DNA of 64,000 nucleotides from an uncultured cyanobacterium (GCA_963703315.1 OY969811.1:4288001-4352000), one strand, 5' to 3'. Positions 18,362-29,582 are shown, numbered from the stretch's first letter. Notes: a model not told the origin generated them from the letters alone. Translations and numbers: made by a program.

Positions 18362-18709
18362 ATGAGCATTATTACTTATAAAGGATATACAGGGAAAATT
18401 GAAGTTGATATCGAGTCAGCTATTTTGCATGGTCGAATTTTAGATATTAACGATGTAATTACATTTCAAGGAAAAACTATTGAAGAGGCAACACAGGATT
18501 TTAGAGATAGTGTCGATGACTATTTAGAGTTTTGTGCAGAAATGGGCAAAGAGCCAGAGAAGCCTTATTCTGGCAAGCTTCCTTTTCGTACAACTCCTGA
18601 CCATCATAAACTGATTTCCCTCGCGGCAAAACAAGCAGATAAAAGTATTAATGCTTGGATGGATGAGGTACTAACTATGACAGCTAAAAAAAATCTGAAT
18701 GTTAATTAA
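18362..18709 (+). CDS. hicB: HicB family antitoxin, no adjacent hicA
   Basis: YKGYTG.IE.D....ILHG....I.DVITFQG...F..SVDDYLEFC...GKEPEKPYSGK plus an RHH tail. Confidence 0.88.
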   Translation: MSIITYKGYTGKIEVDIESAILHGRILDINDVITFQGKTIEEATQDFRDSVDDYLEFCAEMGKEPEKPYSGKLPFRTTPDHHKLISLAAKQADKSINAWMDEVLTMTAKKNLNVN

Positions 18710-19188
18710 GCGCTTGGTTGAATCGTGATGTTGCCTCGCATTCCTGCTTCGGCGTGACCAGCGATCGCGCAGTGCAGTTCATAAGTACCTGATTTAATTG
18801 GTACGAAAGTCCATTCGGCGGTAGTGTTGGGGCGTAATTCTAGTTCGCGGATACTGCCCTTAATTTCGACATTGCCCGCCACGACATTTTGTGTCCAGAC
18901 TGCATCGGCAAAATCTTTGCTGGTGAAATAATGCTTCATGCCGCTAGGATTGCTCAGCACTAGTTTGTAACGTTTACCAGATTCAAAAGTAAAGCGATCG
19001 GGAATGAACTTTAGTTCATTAGCGGTATTGCTAAGACTGACGTTGACGGCGATCGCCTGTTGTTTGGTGAAATCAACTGATGATGCGTTTTTGGTGTTAA
19101 CTGGTGCAGCGATCGCGAGATTGGGGCTAATCAGCATCCAAAAAATGCCCAATATGGCGATTAGCAAAGTTTGCAAGGTACGGTGCAT
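18706..19188 (-). CDS. Exported cupredoxin (blue-copper) domain protein
   Basis: Signal peptide; H in KHYF and YELHCAIAGHAEAGMRG Cu ligands. Confidence 0.85.
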   Translation of the reverse strand: MHRTLQTLLIAILGIFWMLISPNLAIAAPVNTKNASSVDFTKQQAIAVNVSLSNTANELKFIPDRFTFESGKRYKLVLSNPSGMKHYFTSKDFADAVWTQNVVAGNVEIKGSIRELELRPNTTAEWTFVPIKSGTYELHCAIAGHAEAGMRGNITIQPSA

Positions 19189-19210
19189 AATATTCCTCTT
19201 ACTTCCAAAA

Positions 19211-19234
19211 AGAAGGGTGCTTTAGCACCCTTCT
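19211..19234 (-). terminator. Probable intrinsic terminator of fabG
   Basis: agaagggtgct-tt-agcacccttct with a T-run on the minus strand. Confidence 0.6.
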
Positions 19235-19239
19235 CTAAT

Positions 19240-20016
<777 letters not shown>

Positions 20017-20085
20017 TTATTGATTTTGGATGGTTTGTACTTTGCTTTGTGCCACACAAACTATCAACTTATGTAAATGTAAGCT

Positions 20086-20180
20086 TATAGCGTTTCACAG
20101 TCTAGTGAAGTACGGGATTGTTTCCCCGCCGAAGGCGGGGAAACAATCCTCTGCATCTTGTTTAGTTCAAAAGCGCTATA
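20086..20180. repeat. TATAGCG...CGCTATA-bounded palindromic element
   Basis: Core ggattgtttccccgcc-gaa-ggcggggaaacaatcc; the same arms occur at 61927-61981. Confidence 0.88.
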
Positions 20181-20350
20181 TAACAATCTTAAAGCGCAAT
20201 CGCTAAGTAAATCGGCATTGATCAAACCCCAAATATATCTCTGACGTGCGCCAGAGATATTTGGTAATTCAGCCTACTTATTTAGAGCGCAAACTCGATC
20301 TCAGTCCTTTGTTCAGAGAAACAAGACATTAATTTAAACTTTAAGAAGAG

Positions 20351-20551
20351 GTGATCACTGTGAACAGCATCAATAGCAATAGCAATATCAATATCAATAA
20401 TCCTTATGTAAATAATCGCAAATTTCGCCATATCAGCATGGGATGGATTGGTTACTGCGTGAACATTTCAGGCAAGGATGCCTATTTATTTATCCCCGAA
20501 CAAGATCGGATTGCTTGTGTTGGTATCGGTGAACTTGTAGAGATTCGTTAA
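20351..20551 (+). CDS. Hypothetical small protein
   Basis: 66-aa ORF after a purine-rich AAGAAGAG stretch, followed by a hairpin; start uncertain. Confidence 0.45.
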   Translation: MITVNSINSNSNININNPYVNNRKFRHISMGWIGYCVNISGKDAYLFIPEQDRIACVGIGELVEIR

Positions 20552-20595
20552 TAGCAAAACTAAAAATGGCTACGCCATTTTTAGTTTTGCTATTA
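20549..20595. repeat. Perfect palindrome or terminator
   Basis: taatagcaaaactaaaaatggc-tac-gccatttttagttttgctatta. Confidence 0.85.
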
Positions 20596-20702
20596 GTGAT
20601 TCGTGGCTTTGTAGCGCATCACTAAATTATTCACTGGGAAAGGAGTAACTGGCGATCGCAATTTAGAATTAATCCCATAGAAAGTTAGAGTGAAGAAGCA
20701 AA

Positions 20703-21383
20703 ATGTACGTCCTTATTGGTGGTGCAGGTATGATGGGTCGCGACTTGGCAAAGAACTTGCTGCACAGTTCACACACGATCGCCGTCATCGATACTGATCC
20801 CCTTGCCTGTCGCTATGCGCGTGAAAAAATTGGTGTCATGGCTTTTGAGGGTAGTGCAGTCAATACGACTGTGTTAATAGAATCAGGAATTCGTAAGGCT
20901 AGTGCCGTAATCGCTACCCTGAGAGAAGATGCGCTTAATCTAGCTTTGGTGACTCTATCCAAACATTACGGCGTGCCGCAAATTATTGTGCGAATGAGCG
21001 ACTCGGACTTTGCCGAACCCTATCAACTCGCAGGTGCAACCCATATCATTAGCACCATTGAATTAGCAAATAATCGAATTGTCAATGCGATCGAATATCC
21101 TCAAGTTGATGCAATGATGCACTTTGAGCAGGAACAGATTGAAGTACTCAAACTTTCTATTCCACAAAATTGTTATGTGGTGGGCAAGAGTGTGGCAGAA
21201 GTTGCCCAAGACTCGCAATTTCCCTCAGGAACATTAATTATTGGCTATCAGGCTCATCCCCATGAGGATTTGATTATTCCTAATGGTAATACTGTTCTAG
21301 AGAGTGGTTCTACAATTTTAGCGGTCACAAAGCCAAACCTTGTCAAACAACTCATTAACTTTATCGGTCTATGTTCTGCTTAG
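20703..21383 (+). CDS. TrkA family (RCK_N + RCK_C) potassium uptake regulatory protein
   Basis: LIGGAGMMG Rossmann motif, IAVID.D, C-terminal IIPNGNTVL. Confidence 0.88.
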   Translation: MYVLIGGAGMMGRDLAKNLLHSSHTIAVIDTDPLACRYAREKIGVMAFEGSAVNTTVLIESGIRKASAVIATLREDALNLALVTLSKHYGVPQIIVRMSDSDFAEPYQLAGATHIISTIELANNRIVNAIEYPQVDAMMHFEQEQIEVLKLSIPQNCYVVGKSVAEVAQDSQFPSGTLIIGYQAHPHEDLIIPNGNTVLESGSTILAVTKPNLVKQLINFIGLCSA

Positions 21384-21391
21384 TTCCGCAC

Positions 21392-21436
21392 AGCAATTTT
21401 TTGGAGCGCGGCTACGCCGCACTCCAAAAAATTGCT
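21392..21436. terminator. Palindrome or bidirectional terminator between convergent genes
   Basis: agcaattttttggagcgcggc-tac-gccgcactccaaaaaattgct, one mismatch. Confidence 0.75.
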
Positions 21437-23058
21437 TAATCATCTTTAAGATTGAACAGTCTTTCATCAAGGTCTTGAATGTAAGACTGAGCCAAATCTT
21501 CTGGAAGCAAGCCTTTAAAAATGGCATCGTTAACGGCTCCCTTTTCAGCGAGGTAAAGGCGGCGGCGTAACCCATCTAATAGGTTTTGTTCTTCGATATC
21601 GTTGGATATGTAATTAATCCTTTGATTGTAAAATTCTCGTAGTTCTTTTTCAGAGGTGGCAATTCGTGCTTGATAGGATGCAAATAGCTCCTCATACAGA
21701 AATTTCGGCAAGCTTCCAGATTGTAAAAGATTCTTCAATTCCTCCTGCGCGGCTTTCGCGGCAATCAGATTGAGTTGTAAAGCTTGAATTTTTTGGCGAG
21801 TTGGTGAAGGTTTAGACAATTGCAACCATCTAACTAAAGAGGTGAGACTCAAGCCCTGAGATACTAGCGACACAAATACAGTACTAAATACAAGCGCAAT
21901 CATCTGCATCCGATCAGGTAAGGTGAAAGGCAAACTAATCGCTAATGCCATCGAAAGAGAACCTTTGACATTCCCAAAGATCAAAATATGCTGCCACTTT
22001 AAGGGTAGCGATCGCTCAAATATCCGCAAAATCCAGAGTAATGGATAAATAGCAAAGCTGCGCCCAATCTGATAAGCCAATATAACAAAAAGCGCAGTGG
22101 GAATTAATCCTAAGAGAACTGGAGAATCGATTTCGATACCCACAAATAAGAAAATAAAGGTGTTAACGCCAAAGCCTGCATATTCCCAAAAGTTGAGTAA
22201 CGTTACTTTGCTAGAGGCAGAAGTTGTGCGAAAACCCAGATTGCCAATCACCAGTCCTGCAATCACGACAGCGATCGCACTAGATACTCCCAAAATATTA
22301 CCAATTTGAAAAGTTCCTAGAGATACAGCAACAGTAAGCAACATTTTGCTGAGAGAATCATCCAATTGTCGAAACAGACCAATACATAAATATCCCAAGC
22401 CTAATCCGAGAACACTACCTCCCACACAGGCAATAAAGATTTGCGTAATGCCGCCAACAATCGAAAATGAACCTTGCAGATGAACACTCGTTACCAAACT
22501 CAGTAATACGAGGGCTACCCCATCATTAAACAGACTTTCGCCTTCAACAATTGTCGCTAATCGGCTAGGTACGGATACATTTCTGAAAGTAGCAATAACA
22601 GAAACAGTATCAGTTGGTGCTAAGACCACGCCAACAGCACAGGCGGTAATCCATTCCAAACCTAAACCAAACTTGAGCAGAGCTGATGTAATTGTGGCGG
22701 AGATGATCACCCCAGGTCCTGCCAATAATAGAATCGTCTTGATTGTGCCGCGTAGTCGGCTGACATCAGTATTAATTGATGCTTCAAAAATCAAGATTGG
22801 CAGAAACAAATTCAAAATCACATCAGGATTTAACCCAATCGAGTGGGGTAATGCTTGCTTAGGAATGGCTAAACCCGCTAGTACCAACCCAATTACATAG
22901 GGAATCCGCAACCAACGTGTAACAAGAGCAACTACAGTTGCGACTAAGAGCAGCAGAATTAATGTGCTTACTAGTCCTGTAAATTCTCCAGAATGCGCTC
23001 CAGTCGCTTGTGCTGACGGTAAGTTGCTCAGTAAACTTGTCAGTAAAAAGTTAGTCAC
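21436..23058 (-). CDS. CPA1 (NhaP-type) Na+/H+ antiporter
   Basis: FLPILIFEA, PTDTVSV, IVEGESLFNDG; about 12 TM helices plus a cytoplasmic tail. Confidence 0.9.
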   Translation of the reverse strand: MTNFLLTSLLSNLPSAQATGAHSGEFTGLVSTLILLLLVATVVALVTRWLRIPYVIGLVLAGLAIPKQALPHSIGLNPDVILNLFLPILIFEASINTDVSRLRGTIKTILLLAGPGVIISATITSALLKFGLGLEWITACAVGVVLAPTDTVSVIATFRNVSVPSRLATIVEGESLFNDGVALVLLSLVTSVHLQGSFSIVGGITQIFIACVGGSVLGLGLGYLCIGLFRQLDDSLSKMLLTVAVSLGTFQIGNILGVSSAIAVVIAGLVIGNLGFRTTSASSKVTLLNFWEYAGFGVNTFIFLFVGIEIDSPVLLGLIPTALFVILAYQIGRSFAIYPLLWILRIFERSLPLKWQHILIFGNVKGSLSMALAISLPFTLPDRMQMIALVFSTVFVSLVSQGLSLTSLVRWLQLSKPSPTRQKIQALQLNLIAAKAAQEELKNLLQSGSLPKFLYEELFASYQARIATSEKELREFYNQRINYISNDIEEQNLLDGLRRRLYLAEKGAVNDAIFKGLLPEDLAQSYIQDLDERLFNLKDD

Positions 23059-23079
23059 GATGTTCTTATTCTTTTCCCA

Positions 23080-23327
23080 GTAAGTAAGTTAGTGATGCGC
23101 GGCGGAGCCGCGCATCACTAACTTACTTACCTTATACCAACTCAAAACCTCACTAGAAATCTCATATAAAAATCCAAAACCTGTGGCGCACGCGCAGCGT
23201 GCGCCACAGGTTTTGGATTTTAATTATGTCCAGATACTTAGTTGCGTGTATAGCAAAGCAATTTAAGACATAAAACCCAAAAGAGAGTTGCAGCGCGGAG
23301 CGCTGCAACTCTCTTTTGGGTTTTATG
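23080..23327. repeat. Cluster of three palindromic elements (23080-23130, 23169-23221, 23269-23327)
   Basis: Cores gcgcggc-gga-gccgcgc, ggcgcacgc-gca-gcgtgcgcc and ttgcagcgc-gga-gcgctgcaa, each with 24-28-bp perfect arms. Confidence 0.9.
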
Positions 23328-23543
23328 CCCTATGCCTTAAGGAATGTCTTGGTATGGTTTTGGCAGATTTGAGAAATTTAAAATAAATTTAACAAATTAA
23401 TAAAAAGCTGAAAAAGGCTGTCAATCATTGCGATCGCTCTATTACAAGCATCAAAAAAGCAGTTTGATTTTGTCATCTTAGCTTCTTGACGTTTATAGGA
23501 ACTTTGCGTCAAACTGTTTAGTAATTAACTAACTAGAACCATC

Positions 23544-23777
23544 ATGGAAACTCTGGAATTCATTATTTACCCAGATGGTCGAGTCGAAGAACGGGTCACA
23601 GGCATAGTCGGTTCTAGTTGTGCTGAGGTGACAGCGGCGATCGAAGCAAAATTAGGGATAGTTGCTCATCGCGAGTTAACTTCCGAAAATTTTGCTCAAC
23701 AGCAACTCACATCTCAGTCAACTACGCAATTCGATCGTGTGTCAGATGTGGACGCTTCTAGATTTAGTCAATGGTAA
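23544..23777 (+). CDS. DUF2997 family protein
   Basis: METLEFIIYPDGRVEERVTGIVGSSCAEVTAAIEAKLG. Confidence 0.9.
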   Translation: METLEFIIYPDGRVEERVTGIVGSSCAEVTAAIEAKLGIVAHRELTSENFAQQQLTSQSTTQFDRVSDVDASRFSQW

Positions 23778-23879
23778 TAAAGACTTGAAAATCCAAGTTT
23801 TCGACAGATTATCAATAAATTAAAAGACTAATTAAGTTTTCCGTCCCTTTCCCCTTAGATCGCAGTCAGGATAAACCCT

Positions 23880-24266
23880 ATGTCACATTTTAGCCAAGTC
23901 AAAACCCAAATCCGTAGTTTAGAACCATTGCAAAAGGCGCTAACTGATTTAGGAGTCAACTGGAAGTCAGGTGAGTCACCTATGCGTGGTCATCAAGGTG
24001 CTACCACTGAGGCTGAAGTGGTAATTGCCCAAGACAATGGTTATGATGTCGGCTTTCAGTGGAATGGCTCTGAATATGCCCTCGTTGCGGATATGCAGTT
24101 TTGGCAACAGTCTTGGACGGTGGAAAGCTTTTTGCAAAAGGTGACTCAGCGCTACGCGATCGCCACCGTCATGAGTGAATCTAGCAATCAAGGTTTTGCT
24201 TTGTCTGAGCAACAAGTCCGTGAAGATGGCTCAGTTCGCCTAGTTCTCCAACGTTGGCATGGATAA
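23880..24266 (+). CDS. ycf35: DUF1257 (Ycf35) family protein
   Basis: MSHFSQVKTQI...GF.WNG.EY.LVAD.QFWQQ...TQRYA...DGS.RLV.QRW. Confidence 0.88.
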   Translation: MSHFSQVKTQIRSLEPLQKALTDLGVNWKSGESPMRGHQGATTEAEVVIAQDNGYDVGFQWNGSEYALVADMQFWQQSWTVESFLQKVTQRYAIATVMSESSNQGFALSEQQVREDGSVRLVLQRWHG

Positions 24267-24657
24267 TTTATCGACACATACTGTGACCTTAACCAGTTCA
24301 GAGTCAGAGATCAGCGATCGCACTGGCTTTGAACCAGAACTTGGCGGCGACTTACGGCAAAACGCAGTTTTTGTTGACGAAACAGTATGTATCGGTTGTG
24401 GACATTGCGCCCATACTGCCCGTAGTACTTTCTTTTTAGAGCAAGAATATGGGCGTGCTAGGGTGATTGCCCAAGATGGTGATGATGAAGACTTAGTGCA
24501 AGAGGCGATCGATACTTGTCCCGTTGACTGTATTGCTTGGGTAAACTACAACGATCTCAACAAGCTCGAAGAAGCAAGAAAGCATCAAGTTATTAAAAAT
24601 ATCGGCATTACGGGTATTGGTGCATCTGCAAAACGTGACAGCATTCCCAGAAATTAA
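24259..24657 (+). CDS. Ferredoxin (Fer4_13 type)
   Basis: VDE..CIGCGHCAH.A...AIDTCPVDCI. Confidence 0.9.
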   Translation: MDNLSTHTVTLTSSESEISDRTGFEPELGGDLRQNAVFVDETVCIGCGHCAHTARSTFFLEQEYGRARVIAQDGDDEDLVQEAIDTCPVDCIAWVNYNDLNKLEEARKHQVIKNIGITGIGASAKRDSIPRN

Positions 24658-24720
24658 AAGGGAGCGCTAAGCGCTCCCTTTTCGCAAAAAAGAGTCGGCA
24701 CAAAGTGCCGACTCTTTTTT
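24656..24720. terminator. Two tandem bidirectional terminator hairpins
   Basis: aaaagggagcgc-taa-gcgctccctttt and aaaaaagagtcggcac-aaa-gtgccgactctttttt between convergent genes. Confidence 0.8.
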
Positions 24721-24722
24721 AA

Positions 24723-25055
24723 TTAATAACGGTTGCGACCACCGCCGCCGCCAGAAGGACGACCACCGCCGCCCTTGAAGCCGCCTCTGCCGCCACCAAA
24801 GGAATCAGAACTTTCACGAGGCTTAGCCTTGTTCACTTTGAGTGAACGACCGAGCCATTCAGCTTCGTCGAGTGCTTCGATCGCGGCATCTTCTTCCTTT
24901 TCATCATTCATTTCCACGAATGCAAAACCGCGTGGGCGACCTGACTCGCGATCAATAGGGAGATGAACTCGTGTGATTTTGCCATATTCAGCAAATACAC
25001 CTTTTAAATCATCTTCTGTAACCTCATAAGAGAGGTTACCAACATAAATAGACAT
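24723..25055 (-). CDS. rbp: RRM RNA-binding protein with glycine-rich tail (Rbp)
   Basis: RNP2 IYVGNL, RNP1 RGFAFVEM, G-rich C-terminus; start trimmed to the ATG at 25055. Confidence 0.95.
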   Translation of the reverse strand: MSIYVGNLSYEVTEDDLKGVFAEYGKITRVHLPIDRESGRPRGFAFVEMNDEKEEDAAIEALDEAEWLGRSLKVNKAKPRESSDSFGGGRGGFKGGGGRPSGGGGGRNRY

Positions 25056-25096
25056 AATACTTGCTTCAACAATCAGAGATGTGTAGAGATAGAGAT

Positions 25097-25153
25097 TTCG
25101 GAAAGAAGCCTGCCACGATGAAACAGAAGACAACTGTCAATACTGAAAACAAA
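25097..25153 (-). promoter_or_regulatory. Conserved cyanobacterial rbp 5' leader boxes
   Basis: Minus strand TTTGTTTTCAGT (25153-25142) and TTTCCGAA (25104-25097) resemble box II and box I as I recall them from cold-regulated Anabaena rbp genes. Confidence 0.55.
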
Positions 25154-25523
25154 CATACGATCAAGAAATACTCATCCGCGTATATTCTAGCGCAGTCATC
25201 TTAAATTAGTTAATTATCTGCAAAATATTTACGCTTTCTAATTAGAAAAGTTAATTGAATGATGGCAGAAGGTAAACTGGTCTGTAGGATTCAGGATCTG
25301 TCAATATTTTTAATTAATTTATGTGAAACAAAAAAGTAGTAGATGATACTATGTTTCTTAAAAATAAACCAAAGAAGGAAAATTTGAACTGGCGATCGCT
25401 TTCTCTGGAAAATCATTCATAAAAGAAAGAATATGCAATATATAAGGATATCGCCATTGATATTTAGGATAACCCCCAAATAGAAAGAATCTTCTAATTA
25501 CTTAGCAATCAAGTAATTATACC

Positions 25524-25567
25524 AAAACCCTAAAACCTGTAGCGTGCGCTACAGGTTTTAGGGTTTT
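25524..25567. repeat. Perfect palindrome or terminator
   Basis: aaaaccctaaaacctgtagcg-tg-cgctacaggttttagggtttt. Confidence 0.85.
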
Positions 25568-26087
25568 ATTTAGTCGAAATAAGTACTTTTACTGGTGATG
25601 ATGTCTCAACATCCATAGATAAAACTTTGGCTAATACATGATCTATAGCTGTATCGATCGCATATTTACCACCACCATAAATCATAAAAAAGGCAAAAGA
25701 GGCGGCATAAATTGACGATAGCTCAATGGATGGAATTGAAAATCCACCAATCAGGATGTGGTGATAGTTGGCAACTAACATGGTGGCAAACAAGCCTAAA
25801 GCGGCGGGTCTCGTTAAAAAACCTAAAATTAGTAAAGGTGAAGCCACTAACTCGGTAATTGCCGCGCAGTAAGCAAAGAAAATTGGAAATGGAATCCCGA
25901 TCGCCGCAACATAGGCTTCAGCAAATCCTGAAATGTCCGCAAGTTTGTCCAAACCGTTATGGATCATCACTGTTCCTAGGACAACCCTTAATAAAAGCAA
26001 TGAAGCTTGAGTTAGGGAAACGGGAAAAGTATTAGATCCTAAAATGAGGCGACCAATTGAAGCAGCAATTCTGACGGTGTTATTCAT
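25566..26087 (-). CDS. DoxX family membrane protein
   Basis: LLLRVVLG..MIHNGLDKL...E....LLILGFLTRPAA...GGGKYAID. Confidence 0.9.
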   Translation of the reverse strand: MNNTVRIAASIGRLILGSNTFPVSLTQASLLLLRVVLGTVMIHNGLDKLADISGFAEAYVAAIGIPFPIFFAYCAAITELVASPLLILGFLTRPAALGLFATMLVANYHHILIGGFSIPSIELSSIYAASFAFFMIYGGGKYAIDTAIDHVLAKVLSMDVETSSPVKVLISTK

Positions 26088-26254
26088 AACTGGTAAAATT
26101 TCTTAATAAAAATTAAAGTATCGAAATAACTTATAACTTAGATATATAAATCTTAACACAATTTTTATTGAGAGAATGTCATTACAGTCGCTAAATATGT
26201 GGTGTCGATCGCTGTTATGAAAAAATATAGTTGCCACCTGTCTTGTTAGAACTT

Positions 26255-26309
26255 AAAACCCAAGAAGCGAGTGGCGGCGCTTCGCGCCGCCACTCGCTTC
26301 TTGGGTTTT
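26255..26309. repeat. Perfect palindromic element, 26-bp arms
   Basis: aaaacccaagaagcgagtggcggcgc-ttc-gcgccgccactcgcttcttgggtttt. Confidence 0.9.
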
Positions 26310-26442
26310 GTGCAAATGGCGAGAAACAAAAATTTAAGGGCGATCGCCATAAATTTGATTGTGTTACGATCGCAAAACAATATTTGTGTATTGCACCCAA
26401 CACTTACAACATCTATATCTAGATTTTTTTAGAGCAAAGCTT

Positions 26443-27531
26443 ATGTCCGCATTACCTGCAATTGCTGTTCTTGCGATTCTGATTTTGGTTCACGAACTCG
26501 GACACTTTATGGCAGCCCGCCTACAGGGTATCCATGTAAATCGATTTTCGATTGGGTTTGGACCAGTCCTCTGGAAATATCAGGGTAAGGAGACGGAATA
26601 TGCGCTGCGGGCAATTCCCCTCGGTGGTTATGTAGGCTTTCCTGATGATGACGAAGAAAGTGATATTCCTGCTGATGATCCTAACTTGATGAAAAACCGT
26701 CCTCTTATTGATCGCGCGATCGTGATCAGTGCAGGTGTCATCGCTAACTTCGTGTTTGCTTATCTCGTTTTATTAGTGATGACCTTGAGTGTGGGTATCG
26801 GCACTGTTGATCAAGCAGGCGTAAGAATTAGCAAAATCCTTGAACCCAATGCTCCTGCTGCGGTATCGGGTTTACAGGCTGGAGATGTGATCTTGTCAGC
26901 CAATGCCACTAAATTTGATACAAGTTTGACAACCCTAGATCGCTTCCAGTCCTTAATTGCTAAAAATGCCAATCAAACTGTAGATTTGCAGGTAATGCGC
27001 GATGGCAAACTGTTCCAAGTCCCCATCTTGCCCAATGGCGAATCTGGTAAAGGCAGAATTGGCGTAAGACTCGACTTTACTGGCAAGCCCCATCGTCGTG
27101 CTGTGCATAATATTGGTGAAGCTTTTGATAATGCCACTCAAAGTTTTGAGCGTCTCGTTGTCATGACGGTGCAAGGTTTAAAACAACTGGCTACTAATTT
27201 TCAAAATACGGCTTCTCAGTTATCAGGACCAGTCGCGATCGTGGCAATGGGTTCAGAACTAGTTAAGTCCGATGCGGCGGCATTGTTTGATTTCACGGCA
27301 ATTATCAGTATTAACCTCGCGATTATCAATATTTTGCCTTTGCCTGCCCTTGATGGTGGTCAATTAGTATTTTTAGCGATCGAGGCATTACGCGGCGGTA
27401 AGCCTTTGCCTGAAGAATTACAAAATAATGTCATGCAAGGTGGACTAGTTATTTTGCTGGGCTTAGGCGTAGTGATGATTTTTAAAGACTCATTTAACTT
27501 GCTCCAGCAAAGTGGTTTAAGTCCTTTGTAA
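26443..27531 (+). CDS. rseP: RIP metalloprotease RseP
   Basis: HELGH, PDZ domain, NILPLPALDGG; start trimmed to the ATG at 26443. Confidence 0.93.
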   Translation: MSALPAIAVLAILILVHELGHFMAARLQGIHVNRFSIGFGPVLWKYQGKETEYALRAIPLGGYVGFPDDDEESDIPADDPNLMKNRPLIDRAIVISAGVIANFVFAYLVLLVMTLSVGIGTVDQAGVRISKILEPNAPAAVSGLQAGDVILSANATKFDTSLTTLDRFQSLIAKNANQTVDLQVMRDGKLFQVPILPNGESGKGRIGVRLDFTGKPHRRAVHNIGEAFDNATQSFERLVVMTVQGLKQLATNFQNTASQLSGPVAIVAMGSELVKSDAAALFDFTAIISINLAIINILPLPALDGGQLVFLAIEALRGGKPLPEELQNNVMQGGLVILLGLGVVMIFKDSFNLLQQSGLSPL

Positions 27532-27550
27532 CCAAAGCTTTTTACTAATC

Positions 27551-27621
27551 AAAATAAAGGCAGCACTTAGTGCTGCCTTTATTTTTGTATTTATGATCAC
27601 TCCAAGTGGTCATAAATACAA
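27551..27621 (+). terminator. Terminator hairpin(s) after rseP
   Basis: aaaataaaggcagcac-tta-gtgctgcctttatttt followed by tgtatttatgatcact...agtggtcataaataca. Confidence 0.7.
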
Positions 27622-27692
27622 AGTTTTTTGACAAATTCGAGCATAATAGATAAAGAAATAATAAGTTTTTCGATCAACTCGATACATCACCC

Positions 27693-29486
27693 ATGTCTCT
27701 CCCCATCCGCAACGTCGCCATCATCGCCCACGTCGATCACGGCAAAACCACTCTAGTAGACGCACTCCTCAGACAGTCTGGCGCTTTTCGTGAAGGTGAA
27801 GCCCTTGTCGAATGCGTGATGGACTCCAACGACCTAGAGCGTGAACGCGGCATTACCATTCTTTCCAAAAATACTGCTGTTAAATACAAAGATACGCTGA
27901 TCAACATCGTTGATACCCCTGGACACGCTGACTTTGGCGGCGAAGTTGAGCGGGTACTTGGCATGGTCGAAGGCTGTTTGCTGATCGTCGATGCTAACGA
28001 AGGACCAATGCCCCAGACTCGCTTTGTGTTGAAAAAAGCGCTGGAAAAAGGCTTACGTCCTCTAGTCGTAATCAACAAAATCGATCGCGAATTTGCCGAT
28101 CCCCACGTTGCTGTTAGCAAAGTACTTGATCTGTTCCTCGAACTCGGCGCAGATGATGACCAGTGCGACTTCCCTTACCTATTTGCTTCGGGCATGGGCG
28201 GCTTTGCTAAAGAAAAATTAGAAGATCCTAATGTGGATATGCAGCCTCTATTTGAAGCAATCTTGCATCACGTCTCTCCACCCGTAGGCAATCCAGACAA
28301 GCCTTTGCAGTTGCAAGTTACTACCCTTGACTACTCCGAATATCTCGGTCGGATTGTGATCGGCAAAATCCACAACGGTACGATTACCTCTGGTCAGCAA
28401 GCGGCTCTGATCACTGAAGATGGCTCCATCGTCAAAGGTAAAATCACCAAACTCTTAGGGTTTGACGGTCTAAAACGGGTGGAGATGCAAACCTCATCCG
28501 CAGGTAACATCGTCGCTGTTTCAGGCTTTGCCACCGCCAACATCGGTGAAACGATTACCTGTCCTAATGAGCCTTTAGCTTTGCCAATGATTAAAGTGGA
28601 TGAACCCACTTTGCAGATGACCTTCTGCGTTAATGACTCGCCCTTTGTTGGTCAAGAAGGCAAATTAGTTACCACTCGTCAAGTACGCGATCGCCTATTG
28701 CGCGAACTTGAAACCAACGTAGCGCTGCGTGTTACCGAAGATCCTGAATCTCCCGATCGCTTTGCGGTAGCTGGACGCGGTGAACTGCATTTGGGCATCT
28801 TGATTGAAACCATGCGTCGTGAAGGCTATGAGTTCCAAGTCACGCAGCCTCAAGTTATTTACCGCGAAATCAACGGTCAAAAGTGCGAACCCTACGAGGC
28901 TCTTGTCCTTGATGTTCCTGAAGATGCCGTCGGTGGATGTATCGAGCGTCTTGGTCAACGTCGTGCCGAAATGATCGATATGCAAATGTCTAGCACTGGA
29001 CGCTCTCAGCTAGAGTTCGTCGTGCCTGCACGCGGCTTGATCGGCTTCCGTGGCGACTTCATGCGGGCAACTCGTGGTGCGGGCATCATGAACCACAGCT
29101 TCCTCGATTACCGTCCTACGGCTGGTGAAATTAGCGCCCGTCGTAATGGTGTTTTGATCTCCTTTGAAGAAGGTGTCGCCACTGAATTCTCCTTGAAGAA
29201 TGCTGAAGATCGCGGTGTGTTCTTTATTAAACCTGGTACGAAGGTTTATAAGGGCATGATCATTGGGGAAAACAACCGTCCTCAAGATATGGACTTGAAC
29301 GTATGTAAGAGCAAGCAGCTTACCAATATGCGGGCGGCTGGTGCTGATGACATCGTGCAGTTGCAAGCTCCGATCGAAATGAGCCTCGAACGGGCGCTTG
29401 AATACATTGGTCCTGATGAAATCCTTGAGGTTACGCCAGAATCGATTCGGTTACGCAAGATGACCAAGAAGTTTGCGAAGCGCTAA
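27693..29486 (+). CDS. typA: Translational GTPase TypA/BipA
   Basis: [53 protein letters not shown]. Confidence 0.97.
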   Translation: MSLPIRNVAIIAHVDHGKTTLVDALLRQSGAFREGEALVECVMDSNDLERERGITILSKNTAVKYKDTLINIVDTPGHADFGGEVERVLGMVEGCLLIVDANEGPMPQTRFVLKKALEKGLRPLVVINKIDREFADPHVAVSKVLDLFLELGADDDQCDFPYLFASGMGGFAKEKLEDPNVDMQPLFEAILHHVSPPVGNPDKPLQLQVTTLDYSEYLGRIVIGKIHNGTITSGQQAALITEDGSIVKGKITKLLGFDGLKRVEMQTSSAGNIVAVSGFATANIGETITCPNEPLALPMIKVDEPTLQMTFCVNDSPFVGQEGKLVTTRQVRDRLLRELETNVALRVTEDPESPDRFAVAGRGELHLGILIETMRREGYEFQVTQPQVIYREINGQKCEPYEALVLDVPEDAVGGCIERLGQRRAEMIDMQMSSTGRSQLEFVVPARGLIGFRGDFMRATRGAGIMNHSFLDYRPTAGEISARRNGVLISFEEGVATEFSLKNAEDRGVFFIKPGTKVYKGMIIGENNRPQDMDLNVCKSKQLTNMRAAGADDIVQLQAPIEMSLERALEYIGPDEILEVTPESIRLRKMTKKFAKR

Positions 29487-29491
29487 AATTT

Positions 29492-29530
29492 ATCAATAAA
29501 AAAGGGCGCTAAGCGCCCTTTTTTATTGAT
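29492..29530 (+). terminator. Intrinsic terminator of typA
   Basis: atcaataaaaaagggcgc-taa-gcgcccttttttattgat. Confidence 0.8.
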
Positions 29531-29582
29531 CGGTATATTTGCTAGACTATTCTCACAAATTTAAGGTGGGGTTGTCATACTT

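Noticed and set aside
20703..23058. TrkA and NhaP as a new transport system
   Set aside because: Both are ordinary family members, and their convergent arrangement alone is weak evidence.
23544..24657. DUF2997-DUF1257-ferredoxin as a novel system
   Set aside because: This is a widely conserved cyanobacterial gene trio; nothing unusual in this copy.
26215..26422. Short ORFs on both strands
   Set aside because: They are read through a palindromic element and show the same repeat-derived peptide pattern as other copies (e.g. 61842-62090).
27737..29467. Several antisense ORFs within typA
   Set aside because: Expected shadows of a highly codon-biased conserved gene.
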